Assembly (NCBI GenBank): GCA_963764725.1
Contig: CAVXTM010000001.1
Location: 256,001 to 320,000 of the forward strand
Source: an uncultured Gammaproteobacteria bacterium
GTDB lineage: Bacteria > Pseudomonadota > Gammaproteobacteria > JACCXJ01
Length of the DNA: 64,000 nucleotides
Direction of reading: 5' to 3'
Shown one piece after another: positions 51,770 through 62,963 of this stretch (position 1 is its first letter; every line of letters begins with the position of its first letter). A model generated the notes under the pieces. The model was not told where the DNA came from, did not search any database, and saw nothing but the letters and a program-made list of their open reading frames with translations. The position numbers were made by a program, and so were the translations under genes.

Positions 51770-53488
51770 ATGTCAGCGACTCCGAATAAACCGCTTTTGA
51801 CGGGCCTCGCAAGGACACTCGCGGGAGCGGGTTTGCTAAGCGAAGACCGCACCTACGAAGCTTCACAAGAAGCCGCCAAGAAAAAAGTCCCGTTTGTCAG
51901 TTACTTAGTCGAAAGCAACCTGATCAGCAGCAGGGACATCGCCTGGGTGGCCTCGAAAGAATTCGGGGTGCCGCTCCTCGATATCAATGCCTTCGAGTTC
52001 GATCCTGAAATCACCAAAATGGTCGCGGAGAATCTGATCAAGAAACACCGCGCATTTCCCTTGTTCAGAAGAGGAAATCGCCTGTTTATCGGTGTCTCGG
52101 ATCCAACCAATCTGCAAGCACTGGACGAAATAAAATTCCACGTAGGCGCGAACACCGAAGCCGTTCTCGTCGAAGAGGACAAACTCGCCAAAGCCATCGA
52201 GAAGGCCCTCGATGCCGCGGACACGAGTCTATCTCAGTTAGGCGATGATGACCTCGGAAACCTCGAGGATCTCGAGATAGGTAACGAAGAGAAAACGGAA
52301 CAAAAAGAGGATCCCGACGTTGATGACGCACCCGTGGTTCGCTTTGTCAACAAGGCGCTTCTCGATGCCATCAGAAAAGGCGCTTCGGATCTGCATTTTG
52401 AACCGTATGAGAAATATTATCGCGTGCGTTTCCGAATTGACGGGGAACTTAGCGAGCTTGCACGACCTCCTGTGGCTCTCGCCAACAAGTTCGCTTCGCG
52501 AATTAAAGTCATGTCGCGGCTAAATGTAGCCGAGCGCCGCGTACCGCAAGACGGCCGAATAAAACTTAAGATTTCAAAGAATAAGGCTATCGATTTTCGG
52601 GTGAGCACCTGCCCCACGCTTTACGGTGAGAAGGCGGTGCTTCGTATCCTCGATTCGGACTCGGCTCGCCTTAACATCGATATGCTCGGATACGAAGATT
52701 TCCAGAAGGAAATCTTCTTGAGGAATTTAAAGAAACCTTACGGTATGTTTCTGGTCACCGGCCCAACCGGGAGCGGGAAAACGGTTTCTTTGTACACCGG
52801 GATCAACATTATTAACACCGTGGATGTGAACATCTCCACGGCGGAAGATCCGATAGAAATAAACCTTCCTGGCGTTAATCAGGTGCAAGTCGACGAAAAA
52901 ACAGGCATGACCTTTCCCAAAGCCTTGAAAGCGTTTCTACGCCAAGACCCCGATATCATCTTGGTCGGAGAGATCCGCGATATCGAGACCGGCTCTATCG
53001 CGGTAAAGGCCGCTCAGACCGGTCATATGGTCATGTCTACGCTGCATACCAACGACGCCCCCCAGACGCTCACAAGAATGGCCGATATGGGCATACCCTC
53101 GTTTGCCATCGCCACCACGATCAACATCATTATCGCGCAACGTCTGGCGCGGCGGCTTTGTTCAAGTTGCAAGAAACCGGTCGATATTCCCAAGGATGCG
53201 CTCTGCTCGGAAGGGTTTAGCGAGGAGGATCTGGCTACAAGCTTTACGGTATATCACGCCGTCGGGTGTGACCAGTGCAATAGCGGATACAAAGGTCGCA
53301 CAGGTATCTACCAGGTCATGGAAATCTCCGACGCTATGAAGCGTCTCATCATGGATGGAGCAAATGCGATCGAGTTAGCCGATCAATCGAGAAAAGAAGG
53401 CATACCCGATCTTCGGAAATCCGCATTGAAAAAAATTAAAGACGGCATCACCAGTATCGAAGAGATCAATAGCGTAACAATGGATTAA
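51770..53488 (+). CDS. pilB: type IV pilus assembly ATPase
   Basis: ASDLHFEP, GPTGSGKT, LRQDPD, STLHTND, Zn-binding Cys. Confidence 0.96.
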   Translation: MSATPNKPLLTGLARTLAGAGLLSEDRTYEASQEAAKKKVPFVSYLVESNLISSRDIAWVASKEFGVPLLDINAFEFDPEITKMVAENLIKKHRAFPLFRRGNRLFIGVSDPTNLQALDEIKFHVGANTEAVLVEEDKLAKAIEKALDAADTSLSQLGDDDLGNLEDLEIGNEEKTEQKEDPDVDDAPVVRFVNKALLDAIRKGASDLHFEPYEKYYRVRFRIDGELSELARPPVALANKFASRIKVMSRLNVAERRVPQDGRIKLKISKNKAIDFRVSTCPTLYGEKAVLRILDSDSARLNIDMLGYEDFQKEIFLRNLKKPYGMFLVTGPTGSGKTVSLYTGINIINTVDVNISTAEDPIEINLPGVNQVQVDEKTGMTFPKALKAFLRQDPDIILVGEIRDIETGSIAVKAAQTGHMVMSTLHTNDAPQTLTRMADMGIPSFAIATTINIIIAQRLARRLCSSCKKPVDIPKDALCSEGFSEEDLATSFTVYHAVGCDQCNSGYKGRTGIYQVMEISDAMKRLIMDGANAIELADQSRKEGIPDLRKSALKKIKDGITSIEEINSVTMD

Positions 53489-53500
53489 TGAGGCGAGCTT

Positions 53501-54727
53501 ATGGCAGTAGCAACCCTGAAACAGAGCACCTTTCTTTGGGAAGGCCTCGATAGATACGGCAAGCGCGTCAAGGGTGAGCTTGCGGCCGCCAGCGATGCAT
53601 CGGTAAAAGCCGTGCTCCGCCGGCAGGGCGTCAACCCGCTGAAAGTTACGAAAAAGCGCGCTTCCCTCTTTGGCGGTGGAAAGAAGAAAAAGATCATTCC
53701 CAAGGACATCGCTGTATTTAGCCGCCAGTTAGCCACCATGATGTCATCCGGCGTCCCCCTAGTACAGTCCTTTGAGATCGTGGGGCGCGGTCATGAAAAC
53801 AAGAATATGCAAGATCTCCTGCTCGCCATCAAAGCGGACGTAGAAGCAGGTACGTCACTCGCCGACTCCTTAGGAAAACATCCTTTGCATTTCAACGAGC
53901 TGTACGTGAATCTCGTCGCCGCGGGTGAGGCCTCGGGTATTCTAGAATCGATCCTACATAAGATTGCTACGTATTTGGAAAAAACCGAAGCCCTAAAATC
54001 GAAAATAAAATCGGCAATGTTCTACCCGACCGCCGTGATCGTGGTAGCGTTTATCATCACCGCCATTCTGATGATTTTCGTGATACCGCAATTCCAACAG
54101 CTATTTGAAGGATTCGGCGCCGATCTGCCTCCGCTTACAAAGCTAGTCATCACGATTTCAGAATATTTCCAAGAATACTGGTGGGCGATCTTCGGCAGCA
54201 TCATCGGGACCATTGTAGGCCTCATGCAACTGAAAAAACGTTCTGTTGGATTCGCGCATTTCTTAGACCGGCTGGCGTTAAAGCTTCCGATTGTAGGCAA
54301 AGGTATCCTTGAAAAAGCGTGTATAGCCCGTTTCAATCGTACTCTATCGACGATGTTCGCGGCGGGTACACCCTTGGTGGAAGCGATGACCGCCGTTGCG
54401 GGTGCGTGTGGGAACATCATCTTCCATGATGGGACCATAAGTATGCGCGATGAAATCTCCACAGGCACCCAGCTGAACGTGGCGATGCGCGATTCAAAAC
54501 TCTTCCCCAATATGGTGATTCAGATGGTAGCGATAGGTGAAGAGTCGGGTGCTCTCGATACCATGCTCGGTAAGGTCGCGGACTGGTATGAACAAGAGGT
54601 TGATGATGCAGTGGCGGCGCTAACGAGCTTGCTCGAACCGATCATCATGGCGGTCTTAGGTGTCGTTATCGGTGGCTTGGTGATTGCGATGTATTTACCC
54701 ATATTCAAGATGGGACAGGTGGTATAA
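53501..54727 (+). CDS. pilC: type IV pilus platform protein
   Basis: RQLATMMSSGVPL, GEESG, AMYLPIF. Confidence 0.96.
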   Translation: MAVATLKQSTFLWEGLDRYGKRVKGELAAASDASVKAVLRRQGVNPLKVTKKRASLFGGGKKKKIIPKDIAVFSRQLATMMSSGVPLVQSFEIVGRGHENKNMQDLLLAIKADVEAGTSLADSLGKHPLHFNELYVNLVAAGEASGILESILHKIATYLEKTEALKSKIKSAMFYPTAVIVVAFIITAILMIFVIPQFQQLFEGFGADLPPLTKLVITISEYFQEYWWAIFGSIIGTIVGLMQLKKRSVGFAHFLDRLALKLPIVGKGILEKACIARFNRTLSTMFAAGTPLVEAMTAVAGACGNIIFHDGTISMRDEISTGTQLNVAMRDSKLFPNMVIQMVAIGEESGALDTMLGKVADWYEQEVDDAVAALTSLLEPIIMAVLGVVIGGLVIAMYLPIFKMGQVV

Positions 54728-54766
54728 TCTCGCCTGTACGCAGCGCGCGCCGAAAGCGACCGATTC

Positions 54767-55645
54767 GTGTTAGAAACTCTAGCCGTATTCTTCGAGACGA
54801 CCCCGCCCGCGTTTACGACCTTCATGGGCTTGATTGGACTCGCGGCGGGGAGTTTTCTCAACGTAGTGATCCATCGCTTACCACGGATGATGGAGCAAGA
54901 ATGGCGGACTCAGTGCGCGGAATTATCTGGTCAAGCCGACGGCTTTCCGACGTCACGATTATCCCTAGCATCCCCGTGTTCCTCTTGCCCGCAGTGCGGT
55001 CATAAGATCACTGCGTTAGAGAATATCCCTCTCTTGAGCTATTGTTTTTTGAAGGGCCGCTGCGGGGCATGCGCCGAGCCGATATCCTTGCGCTACCCGT
55101 TGGTCGAGCTACTAAGCGGTGTAACGACAGCGGCGATAGCATGGCGCTGGGGTTTTAGTTTGCAAACCCTATTCGCGGCTTTCTTAAGCTGGAGCTTAGT
55201 TGCACTTAGCTTCATTGACATTGATACGAAGTATCTGCCTGATTCGATTACGCTCCCATTTCTTTGGTTCGGGATCGCATGTAATTATTTTGGTGTTTTC
55301 ACCGATCTTGAATCCAGCGTCGGCGGTGCCATGGCAGGCTATTCAAGCCTGTGGATCGTTTATCAATTGTTCAAGCTCACCACCGGTAAGGAAGGGATGG
55401 GCCACGGTGATTTTAAGTTGCTCGCGATGCTCGGCGGCTGGATCGGCTGGCAGGCAATACCGGTTATTATCGTATTGTCATCCTTCGTCGGCGCCGCGAT
55501 CGGCGTCACGCAGATCGCATTTCAAGCAGCGGATCGCGGCACCGCGATACCTTTTGGGCCTTATCTCGCTTGTGCGGGATGGATTTCGCTACTCTGGGGG
55601 AAGGATCTCGTCGCAGCCTACATGCGGTGGATAGGAGTAGCATAG
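54767..55645 (+). CDS. pilD: prepilin peptidase/N-methyltransferase
   Basis: GSFLNVVIHRLP, two CxxC, GMGHGDFKL, PFGPYL. Confidence 0.96.
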   Translation: MLETLAVFFETTPPAFTTFMGLIGLAAGSFLNVVIHRLPRMMEQEWRTQCAELSGQADGFPTSRLSLASPCSSCPQCGHKITALENIPLLSYCFLKGRCGACAEPISLRYPLVELLSGVTTAAIAWRWGFSLQTLFAAFLSWSLVALSFIDIDTKYLPDSITLPFLWFGIACNYFGVFTDLESSVGGAMAGYSSLWIVYQLFKLTTGKEGMGHGDFKLLAMLGGWIGWQAIPVIIVLSSFVGAAIGVTQIAFQAADRGTAIPFGPYLACAGWISLLWGKDLVAAYMRWIGVA

Positions 55646-56241
55646 CTAAGAGAATTGCACTAACGGGTGGGTTTGGCGCAGGAAAATCCACCGTGTGCGC
55701 CATTTTTGCCGGCCTCGGCGTCCCGGTAATCGACGCCGATCAGATCGCACGCGAATTGGTTACGCCTAGCCAACCTGCCTTAAACCTGATAGTCAAGACG
55801 TTTGGAAACGATGTTCTCGATAGTCATGGTGAGTTAAGGCGCACGGCGTTGCGGAAGATAATTTTTAACGATGCGGCCCGGCGTAAGCAACTTGAAGCGA
55901 TCCTGCACCCACGTATCTTGCAGGAAATGCAGCAACGCGCGCAATCGGTCTGCGCACCCTATTGCATCTGCTGTGTCCCCCTGCTCCTAGAAACAGGGCA
56001 GGCCTCGCGTTTCGACCGCGTTGTGGTCGTCGATACGCCGCTCGATATTCAGTTAGAGCGAGCCATGCAGCGCGATCATTTGACAGCAGAAGAGGCTAAA
56101 GCGATCATTCGGACTCAAGCCTCCCGCGAGGAACGTCTCGAAGCAGCCGACGATGTATTAGCAAATGACGCGGAATTGGCTCATGTACAAAGACAGGTGC
56201 ATGCGTTGCATAAGCGCTATCTAGCTTATAGCAACATTTAA
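55627..56241 (+). CDS. coaE: dephospho-CoA kinase (start uncertain)
   Basis: LTGGFGAGKST, IDADQIAR, LEAILHP, VPLLLE. Confidence 0.93.
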   Translation: MDRSSIAKRIALTGGFGAGKSTVCAIFAGLGVPVIDADQIARELVTPSQPALNLIVKTFGNDVLDSHGELRRTALRKIIFNDAARRKQLEAILHPRILQEMQQRAQSVCAPYCICCVPLLLETGQASRFDRVVVVDTPLDIQLERAMQRDHLTAEEAKAIIRTQASREERLEAADDVLANDAELAHVQRQVHALHKRYLAYSNI

Positions 56242-56388
56242 TAAAAGCCCTCTAGCTTGGCATGCAGAGCTTCCCATTAGCAACGCGACTTCAATTTAGC
56301 GCTGCGGTATGCTGACGAATCCGGTGCGGCTTTAGTCATGACGGGTGGACCTTCTCGTTTAACGTCCGAGCAGAGAGAATACGTTCCA

Positions 56389-57168
56389 ATGACGGAAGGT
56401 GGCGTAATCATTACCTATGAGCAACCCTTAAATGAACGTGTCCGCGTCTTACTTCGATTAGAACACCTTTTTCTTTTCGTTTCCGAGCGTATAAGCGGTT
56501 TCTCGGAATGGGATAGCCGTGCCGCGTTGGGCGCGTTGATCGACATCACGGATGTTCTCTGGCGGTCTGATATTAAGGGTGAATTGATTAAGGAGCTAGA
56601 ACGCCATTTAGCGACTTTTAGTCGCCTTAGAAGCAATCCTCACGTAGACTGTCATCGCCTCAACGAGACGCTGTTAAGTCACGATAAAACGCTTAGAATC
56701 TTGAAACATCCGGGTTATCAGCCCGGCCACACGCTCCGGCAGGATGAGCTTATTAACGCCGTTAAACAGCGAACTGCAATTCCGGGCGGTACCTGTAATT
56801 TCGATCTACCCGCGTATCACTATTGGCTGAATCGCCCGTCCTCTCATAGGCTTTCCCGCATACATGGCTGGCTAGACGAACTGTCTGTGATCAGAGATGG
56901 GGTTTTCCTTGCGCTCCACGCGATCCGTGACAGCGCTTATACGACAAGAGTTGCCGCCCTAGGGGGTTTCTATCAGCAGTCCTTGGAGCCGACTGCTGCT
57001 CACCAACTGATTAGAGTTCAATTGCCTTCCGTAGCAGAGTTGTTTCCAGAGGTTAGCGCCGGTAAACACCGTTTTACGATACGATTTTTGGAGCAACCTG
57101 AGACCTCTGCGCGCCCTGTTCAAACAGGATGCGATGTCGAGTTTGATCTGCAGTGTTGTATTTTATGA
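56389..57168 (+). CDS. zapD: cell division protein ZapD
   Basis: YEQPLNER, IPGGTCNFDLP, SAGKHRFTIRF. Confidence 0.93.
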   Translation: MTEGGVIITYEQPLNERVRVLLRLEHLFLFVSERISGFSEWDSRAALGALIDITDVLWRSDIKGELIKELERHLATFSRLRSNPHVDCHRLNETLLSHDKTLRILKHPGYQPGHTLRQDELINAVKQRTAIPGGTCNFDLPAYHYWLNRPSSHRLSRIHGWLDELSVIRDGVFLALHAIRDSAYTTRVAALGGFYQQSLEPTAAHQLIRVQLPSVAELFPEVSAGKHRFTIRFLEQPETSARPVQTGCDVEFDLQCCIL

Positions 57169-57347
57169 GAACACGCTGCCCCGTGTGCCACAAACCTGTG
57201 GATATCTCCAAAGATAAGCCATGGCGCCCCTTCTGTTGCAAGCGTTGCAGGATAATCGATCTCAGTGAATGGATGGACGAAAAGCACAAGATAGCGGGCG
57301 CCGATCCAGTACCTCTCGGAGACGCCGATGACCTTTTCGAAACTTGA
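57165..57347 (+). CDS. yacG: DNA gyrase inhibitor
   Basis: CPVC...RPFCCKRC..IDL..W; ATGA overlap with zapD. Confidence 0.92.
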   Translation: MRTRCPVCHKPVDISKDKPWRPFCCKRCRIIDLSEWMDEKHKIAGADPVPLGDADDLFET

Positions 57348-57364
57348 GACGTCCTGGCCGCCGA

Positions 57365-58390
57365 TTAATCCGCTGAAGTCTTAACAAAGCGAGGCGTACA
57401 GTAAGACTCCTTTGCTCTCCAGAGACTTCGTATTGCCGCAATCCCTTGGGCGCCGCACCGCCACGCCGTTTCGAGATCGCACGCGCTCAAACCACCCAAG
57501 GCATAAACAGGCTGCCGCGCACCCCTGGCAAGCTTGCTAAACTCTCGCCATCCGAGCACTGGGCTTCCTGGATGCGTACCCGTCCTACGAACTGGGGATA
57601 GCACAATAAAATCGACACCAATCTCATTCGCCCATTCGATCTCAATACGGCTATGACAGGAGGCTGCAATCCAATAGGAGCTGGCAAGAGGGCGCTCCCG
57701 CAACTCACGTAAACGTCGCGCCGAAAGATGTACGCCATGCGCGCCAAGTGACACGGCGGTTTGCGGCCAAGTGTTCAATAACAGCATCGTATCATGTCGT
57801 TTACAAACCTGGAGCGCCTCGCGCGCGAGCCTCGCGAACTGCGATGGCGGCATCTCCTTAGACCGCAACTGGAACATCCGAATACCTGCGGATAAACACT
57901 GATCAAGTTGCCCGAGAAACTGATTGAGATCCCCGCTGGGCTCGGGGTTAATCAAGTATAAAGGAGGCAACCGAAGCGCCGTAATAATCGGCGTATTCGC
58001 CTCGGGAAAGGTTTTCTCATCGAGATCCGCTGTGCCTGACCAAGTAATAGTTTGGCCTTCACGGCCGTGCGCAATTCCACGCCACTGCTCGACCCGCCAG
58101 CAGTCCAGAATAACCTCTCTATCTTGGTAGCTGTGCTGTACCTGGATAAAGGGCCGGTAGGAGATTATTGTTATTCCAAGTTCTTCAAAGAGCTCTCGCT
58201 CCAAAGCTTGGGTTACGCGTTCTCCCGGTTCGACTTTTCCGCCCGGAAATTCCCATAACCCGCCATGAAAAGCCGTAGCTGTTCGCTTCGATACGAGAAC
58301 TTCACCCCGCTCATTTACGATGACGCCTACGGCAATGTGCACCGGTCGTAGGCCATAGGATTTCACCTCACCAAACGGAAGAACGGCCAA
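57365..58390 (-). CDS. MutT/Nudix hydrolase fused to a thiamine-phosphate-synthase-like domain
   Basis: Nudix box WEFPGGKVEPGE..ALERELFEELG; QLR, GVHL, SCH, YALGG. Confidence 0.9.
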   Translation of the reverse strand: MAVLPFGEVKSYGLRPVHIAVGVIVNERGEVLVSKRTATAFHGGLWEFPGGKVEPGERVTQALERELFEELGITIISYRPFIQVQHSYQDREVILDCWRVEQWRGIAHGREGQTITWSGTADLDEKTFPEANTPIITALRLPPLYLINPEPSGDLNQFLGQLDQCLSAGIRMFQLRSKEMPPSQFARLAREALQVCKRHDTMLLLNTWPQTAVSLGAHGVHLSARRLRELRERPLASSYWIAASCHSRIEIEWANEIGVDFIVLSPVRRTGTHPGSPVLGWREFSKLARGARQPVYALGGLSACDLETAWRCGAQGIAAIRSLWRAKESYCTPRFVKTSAD

Positions 58391-58404
58391 GAGCAGAAGA
58401 GTTC

Positions 58405-59631
58405 TTAGGTGCGGTAACTGGCGTTGATTCGAACATAATCGTAGGACAAATCACATGTCCACACCTCGCTATTGGCGCTACCCCTACCCAGCTCGATGCG
58501 AATAGCAAGCTCGGGTTTCGCCATTGCCGCCCGCGCTTGTGCTTCGCTATATCCTAGCGCCCGTGCGCCGGCGGAAACCACCACTACATCGTTAATGCTA
58601 ATGCGCACGCGGCTAACGTCGAGATCCCTGGGCGCCGCGCGGCCGAGCGCGGCGAGGATACGGCCCCAATTCGGATCCGAGGCGAAACACGCAGTCTTAA
58701 CGAGAGGTGAATTGGCTACCTCACGAGCGATAACCGTGCACTCCTCTTCGGACTCGCCGGCGCGCACTGCCACCGAGATAAACTTGGAGGCGCCTTCCCC
58801 GTCGCGCACGACTGAGTGCGCGAGCTTCAAGCTGACATCGAGAATAGCGGCATAGATCATCCGCCCCTCGCCGCTGCCGATATCCTCGATGAGCGGAAGA
58901 GCGGATCGGCCTGAAGCAAAGAGAACACAGGCGTCGTTCGTCGAGGTGTCGCCGTCGACCGTGATCCGGTTGAACGTACGGTCTACGATTCGTTTCAATC
59001 CCTGCTGCAAAGCACTTAGTCCTAGAGCCGCGTCGGTCCCAATAAATGCCAGCATGGTTGCCATCTTCGGCTGTATCATTCCGGCCCCTTTTGCGATCCC
59101 GGTCACTGTGATCAGCCGACCGCCCACCTTGACTCTTGCCGAAGCCGCTTTCGGCACGGTGTCCGTCGTCATGATGGCCCGCGCCGCTGCATCCCATCCG
59201 TCCGCTGCCAAACACCCGACCGCTTCAGGGATCGCGCGCCTGATCTTTTCTACCGGAAACCGCTCACCGATAACACCGGTTGAAAACGGCAACACGGCCT
59301 CGTCCCTGCAAGCCGCGAGACTGGCCAGTTGCTGGCAATTCGTCAGCGCATCGTCTATTCCCTGCGAGCCCGTGCCGGCATTAGCGTTACCTGAGTTAAT
59401 TAACAAATATCTTGGCGGACACTGCGCGATGTGTCTACGTGCGAGGATCACGGGTGCGGCGCAAAAGCGATTCTGTGTGAATACCGCGGCGCTTGCGGTA
59501 CCTTCACACAGTTCGATCACCACCAGATCATCACGGTCTATGTGTTTAATGCGGGCGGAGGCCGTACCGAGGCGGATCCCAGGTACCGCCAGGAGGCTGT
59601 TCATCCGCGCGGAGGAATCGTCATTGACCAC
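58405..59631 (-). CDS. argJ: ornithine acetyltransferase
   Basis: NSGNANA, IMTTDT, KGAGMI.P.MATML, DGDTSTND, DGEGA. Confidence 0.96.
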   Translation of the reverse strand: MVNDDSSARMNSLLAVPGIRLGTASARIKHIDRDDLVVIELCEGTASAAVFTQNRFCAAPVILARRHIAQCPPRYLLINSGNANAGTGSQGIDDALTNCQQLASLAACRDEAVLPFSTGVIGERFPVEKIRRAIPEAVGCLAADGWDAAARAIMTTDTVPKAASARVKVGGRLITVTGIAKGAGMIQPKMATMLAFIGTDAALGLSALQQGLKRIVDRTFNRITVDGDTSTNDACVLFASGRSALPLIEDIGSGEGRMIYAAILDVSLKLAHSVVRDGEGASKFISVAVRAGESEEECTVIAREVANSPLVKTACFASDPNWGRILAALGRAAPRDLDVSRVRISINDVVVVSAGARALGYSEAQARAAMAKPELAIRIELGRGSANSEVWTCDLSYDYVRINASYRT

Positions 59632-59655
59632 TGTCCCGCCGGACTTGCCGTACGC

Positions 59656-62382
59656 TCATACAAGCTTTCCGTGGCACTGTTTATATTTCCGGCCGGAGCC
59701 ACACGGACACAGCGAGTTACGGCCAATCTTAGGATGCTGACGCGTGACTGGCGATTTCACCGTCGGCCCGGGCGAGGCAGCGTTTTGATCTCGATCCTCC
59801 AAAGAGCTCCCCGCTTCTGCATGGCTGTACTCGACCGGCGCGGCGCGCCGCCGCTGCCGCTCCACGGCTTCGACATCTTCTTCCGCACGCACCTGCACAC
59901 GCGAGACGATACCAATGACATCGCGTTTAATCTCTTCCAGCATTTGAGAGAACATCTGAAATGCCTCGCGTTTATATTCTTGTTTGGGGTTTTTCTGTGC
60001 GTAGCCTCGCAGATGGATCCCTTGCCGCAGATGATCCATCGCTGCGAGGTGCTCCTTCCAGTGTGCGTCCAAGACCTGTAACATCACCGCCTTTTCAAAA
60101 TGCCGCAGGACCTGCACTCCGGCAACAGCTTCTTTCTCCTCGTAAGCGCGTTCGATATCGCTTAGTATGTTCGCGCGTAAGGACTCTTCATCGAGCGATC
60201 CATCCTGTTCCAGCCAGCCCTTGATCTCCAGGCGCTGACCGAACTCGCTCTCCAGAGCATCCTCGAGACCTTGCAAATCCCACTGCTCATCCAAACTCTG
60301 CGGCGGTATGTAGGTATCGATCATGTTGTAAACGACGTCGTGTCGGATCCCCTGAATACTTTCCGAGATATCCTCGGCATTCATAAGCTCGTTGCGCTGC
60401 TCATAGACCACCTTGCGCTGATCATTGGCGACATCATCGTATTCTAGGAGTTGCTTTCTTATATCGAAGTTGTGTCCTTCGACTTTACGCTGGGCGTTTT
60501 CGATCGCTCGCGTGACCCAATGATGTTCGATCGCTTCGCCTTCTTGCATACCCAAGCGTTGCATGAGCCCGGCAACCCGATCGGAGGCAAAAATACGCAT
60601 GAGATTGTCTTTAAGCGACAGATAAAAGCGGCTCGATCCGGGATCGCCTTGCCGCCCGGAGCGGCCACGCAACTGGTTATCTATGCGCCTCGATTCATGC
60701 CGTTCAGTACCGATCACGTGAAGACCCCCTGCCGTTACGACCTGATCGTGCCTGCGTTGCCATTCGGCTTTCAAGCGCGCGACCGTGACCTCGTCCGGGT
60801 TCTCGATCGCTTTCATCTCTTCGTCTAGACCGCCGCCGAGCACGATATCCGTTCCGCGGCCCGCCATGTTGGTGGCGATCGTGATTGCTCCAGGCCTCCC
60901 CGCCTGGGCAATGATATGCGCCTCCTTCGCATGAAATTTTGCATTCAATACCTGGTGTTCCAAGCCTTCCGCCCGCAAGAGAGCGGACACAAACTCGGAG
61001 GTTTCGATCGATGCGGTCCCAACCAGCACCGGCTGGCCTCGAGCGTGACAATCTTTGATATCATCGACAATCGCCTTGAACTTATCTTCTTGAGGCAGGT
61101 AAACAAGATCTCCAAGATCGTTGCGAATCATGGGCTTGTGCGTTGGAATCACGATCACTTCCAGGCCATAAATCTGCTGGAATTCATACGCCTCGGTATC
61201 TGCCGTGCCGGTCATCCCCGAGAGCTTGTGGTAGAGCCGAAAGTAATTTTGAAAGGTAATCGAGGCAAGCGTCTGGTTTTCATTTTGGATCGCCACGCCC
61301 TCCTTGGCTTCGATCGCTTGATGCAATCCTTCTGACCAGCGTCTTCCCGGCATCGTACGTCCAGTAAACTCATCGACGATGACAATTTCATTATTTCGCA
61401 CGATATACTCGACGTCCTTGTGGAATAGAACATGTCCCCGCAGGGCCGAATGGATGTGGTGCATCAGTCCGATGTTGCCAGCACTGTACAAACTTTCACC
61501 CTCCTGCAATAAGCCTTCTTGCGCAAAAAGTTGCTCGACACGCTCATGTCCCTGCTCGGTCAAATAGGCTTGTTTTGCCTTCTCGTCCACCGTGTAATCG
61601 CCGGGACCGTTTTCTTCACGCTGCCTGGTAAGCTTGGGAATAAGTCTGTCCACCCTGACATAAAGGTCGCTACGATCTTCGGTAGGGCCGGAGATAATCA
61701 ATGGCGTGCGGGCTTCGTCGATCAGGATCGAATCGACTTCATCGACGATCGCGAAATTCAAGCCCCTTTGCACGCGGTCCGCCTTAGAGAAAGCCATGTT
61801 ATCGCGCAAGTAATCGAATCCGAATTCATTATTGGTTCCGTAGGTGATATCCGCGCCGTAGGCCGCCTGCCGCTCCGCTTGTGACAAGCCCGGGACAACA
61901 ACGCCGATGCTCATTCCCAGGAACTCGAATATTCTCCCCATCCACTGCGCATCGCGGCGGGCTAGATAGTCGTTTACGGTAACGATGTGCACACCATTTC
62001 CGGTTAACGCATTGAGGTAAGCGGCGAGCGTCGCGACGAGCGTCTTACCTTCGCCGGTGCGCATCTCGGCAATCTTACCCGCGTGCAGCGCCATCCCGCC
62101 AATAATCTGTACGTCGAAGTGCCGCATGTCGAGCACCCGCCTTCCGACCTCCCGGACCGCGGCAAACGCTTCCGGTAAGAGGTCGTCTAGCGCCTCGCCG
62201 TGGCCATACCGATCTCGAAGCTCCTGGGTCTTCGCCGCGAGTTGCGCGTCGTTCATTGCGACGCAAAACGATTCCAGTTCGTTGACTCGCGTCGCCGTCT
62301 TTGTCATCCGCTTCAGAAGCCGCTCGTTACGGCTCCCGAAAACGCGGCCTAAGAAACCACTGATGCTCAGGTTTGCACGCAT
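59656..62382 (-). CDS. secA: preprotein translocase ATPase
   Basis: [48 protein letters not shown]. Confidence 0.98.
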   Translation of the reverse strand: MRANLSISGFLGRVFGSRNERLLKRMTKTATRVNELESFCVAMNDAQLAAKTQELRDRYGHGEALDDLLPEAFAAVREVGRRVLDMRHFDVQIIGGMALHAGKIAEMRTGEGKTLVATLAAYLNALTGNGVHIVTVNDYLARRDAQWMGRIFEFLGMSIGVVVPGLSQAERQAAYGADITYGTNNEFGFDYLRDNMAFSKADRVQRGLNFAIVDEVDSILIDEARTPLIISGPTEDRSDLYVRVDRLIPKLTRQREENGPGDYTVDEKAKQAYLTEQGHERVEQLFAQEGLLQEGESLYSAGNIGLMHHIHSALRGHVLFHKDVEYIVRNNEIVIVDEFTGRTMPGRRWSEGLHQAIEAKEGVAIQNENQTLASITFQNYFRLYHKLSGMTGTADTEAYEFQQIYGLEVIVIPTHKPMIRNDLGDLVYLPQEDKFKAIVDDIKDCHARGQPVLVGTASIETSEFVSALLRAEGLEHQVLNAKFHAKEAHIIAQAGRPGAITIATNMAGRGTDIVLGGGLDEEMKAIENPDEVTVARLKAEWQRRHDQVVTAGGLHVIGTERHESRRIDNQLRGRSGRQGDPGSSRFYLSLKDNLMRIFASDRVAGLMQRLGMQEGEAIEHHWVTRAIENAQRKVEGHNFDIRKQLLEYDDVANDQRKVVYEQRNELMNAEDISESIQGIRHDVVYNMIDTYIPPQSLDEQWDLQGLEDALESEFGQRLEIKGWLEQDGSLDEESLRANILSDIERAYEEKEAVAGVQVLRHFEKAVMLQVLDAHWKEHLAAMDHLRQGIHLRGYAQKNPKQEYKREAFQMFSQMLEEIKRDVIGIVSRVQVRAEEDVEAVERQRRRAAPVEYSHAEAGSSLEDRDQNAASPGPTVKSPVTRQHPKIGRNSLCPCGSGRKYKQCHGKLV

Positions 62383-62494
62383 AGGGATTGGAACTTGCCT
62401 AAAGTAAGAAATGCATTGAAAAGCAACTGCTATAATTGAAGCTAGTATGCGCCCACCGAAGACCAGATCGTGAACTGACTACGGACGCCCGACA

Positions 62495-62947
62495 GTGCCT
62501 CGCCAACCCCACCAAGCCATCGCCATTGGTAAGCTGCTCAATATTAATCCTTCCGGCCGGTGCGGGAAACTAGTCAACCATGCACGGCGCCTCGCCGCCT
62601 TAGAGGTTGCTCTGCTTAGCGTGTTGCCGCCCGAATGGAAACATCATTGCACGGTAGCCAATGTGCAGGACCAAACGCTCGTCGTAAGCACAACCTCGCC
62701 CGTTTGGGCAGCCCGCGTGCGGTTGATGGCGCCTCAACTCATGGAGCAATTAAAGGCACGATGCCCGAACGAGACCCTGCGCGCCTTCCATGTGAGAATC
62801 CACCCGCGGGTAGAAACAACGCACAAACCGAACGCTACACGTCCCGTTCTGTCATCAGGCAGCGCTGGCCTCTTGCTCTCTGTATCGAAACAGTGCTCGG
62901 ATCACGGTTTGGGACTCGCCTTAGAGCGCCTATCAAGAAACGGTTAA
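62495..62947 (+). CDS. DciA/DUF721 family protein
   Basis: Position between secA and lpxC; HCTVAN..LVV..SPVWAARVR. Confidence 0.8.
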   Translation: MPRQPHQAIAIGKLLNINPSGRCGKLVNHARRLAALEVALLSVLPPEWKHHCTVANVQDQTLVVSTTSPVWAARVRLMAPQLMEQLKARCPNETLRAFHVRIHPRVETTHKPNATRPVLSSGSAGLLLSVSKQCSDHGLGLALERLSRNG

Positions 62948-62963
62948 GTACCTTTAAAACCTC

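Noticed and set aside
57365-58390. Nudix-ThiE fusion as a novelty
   Set aside because: Well-known fusion downstream of secA-argJ in Proteobacteria
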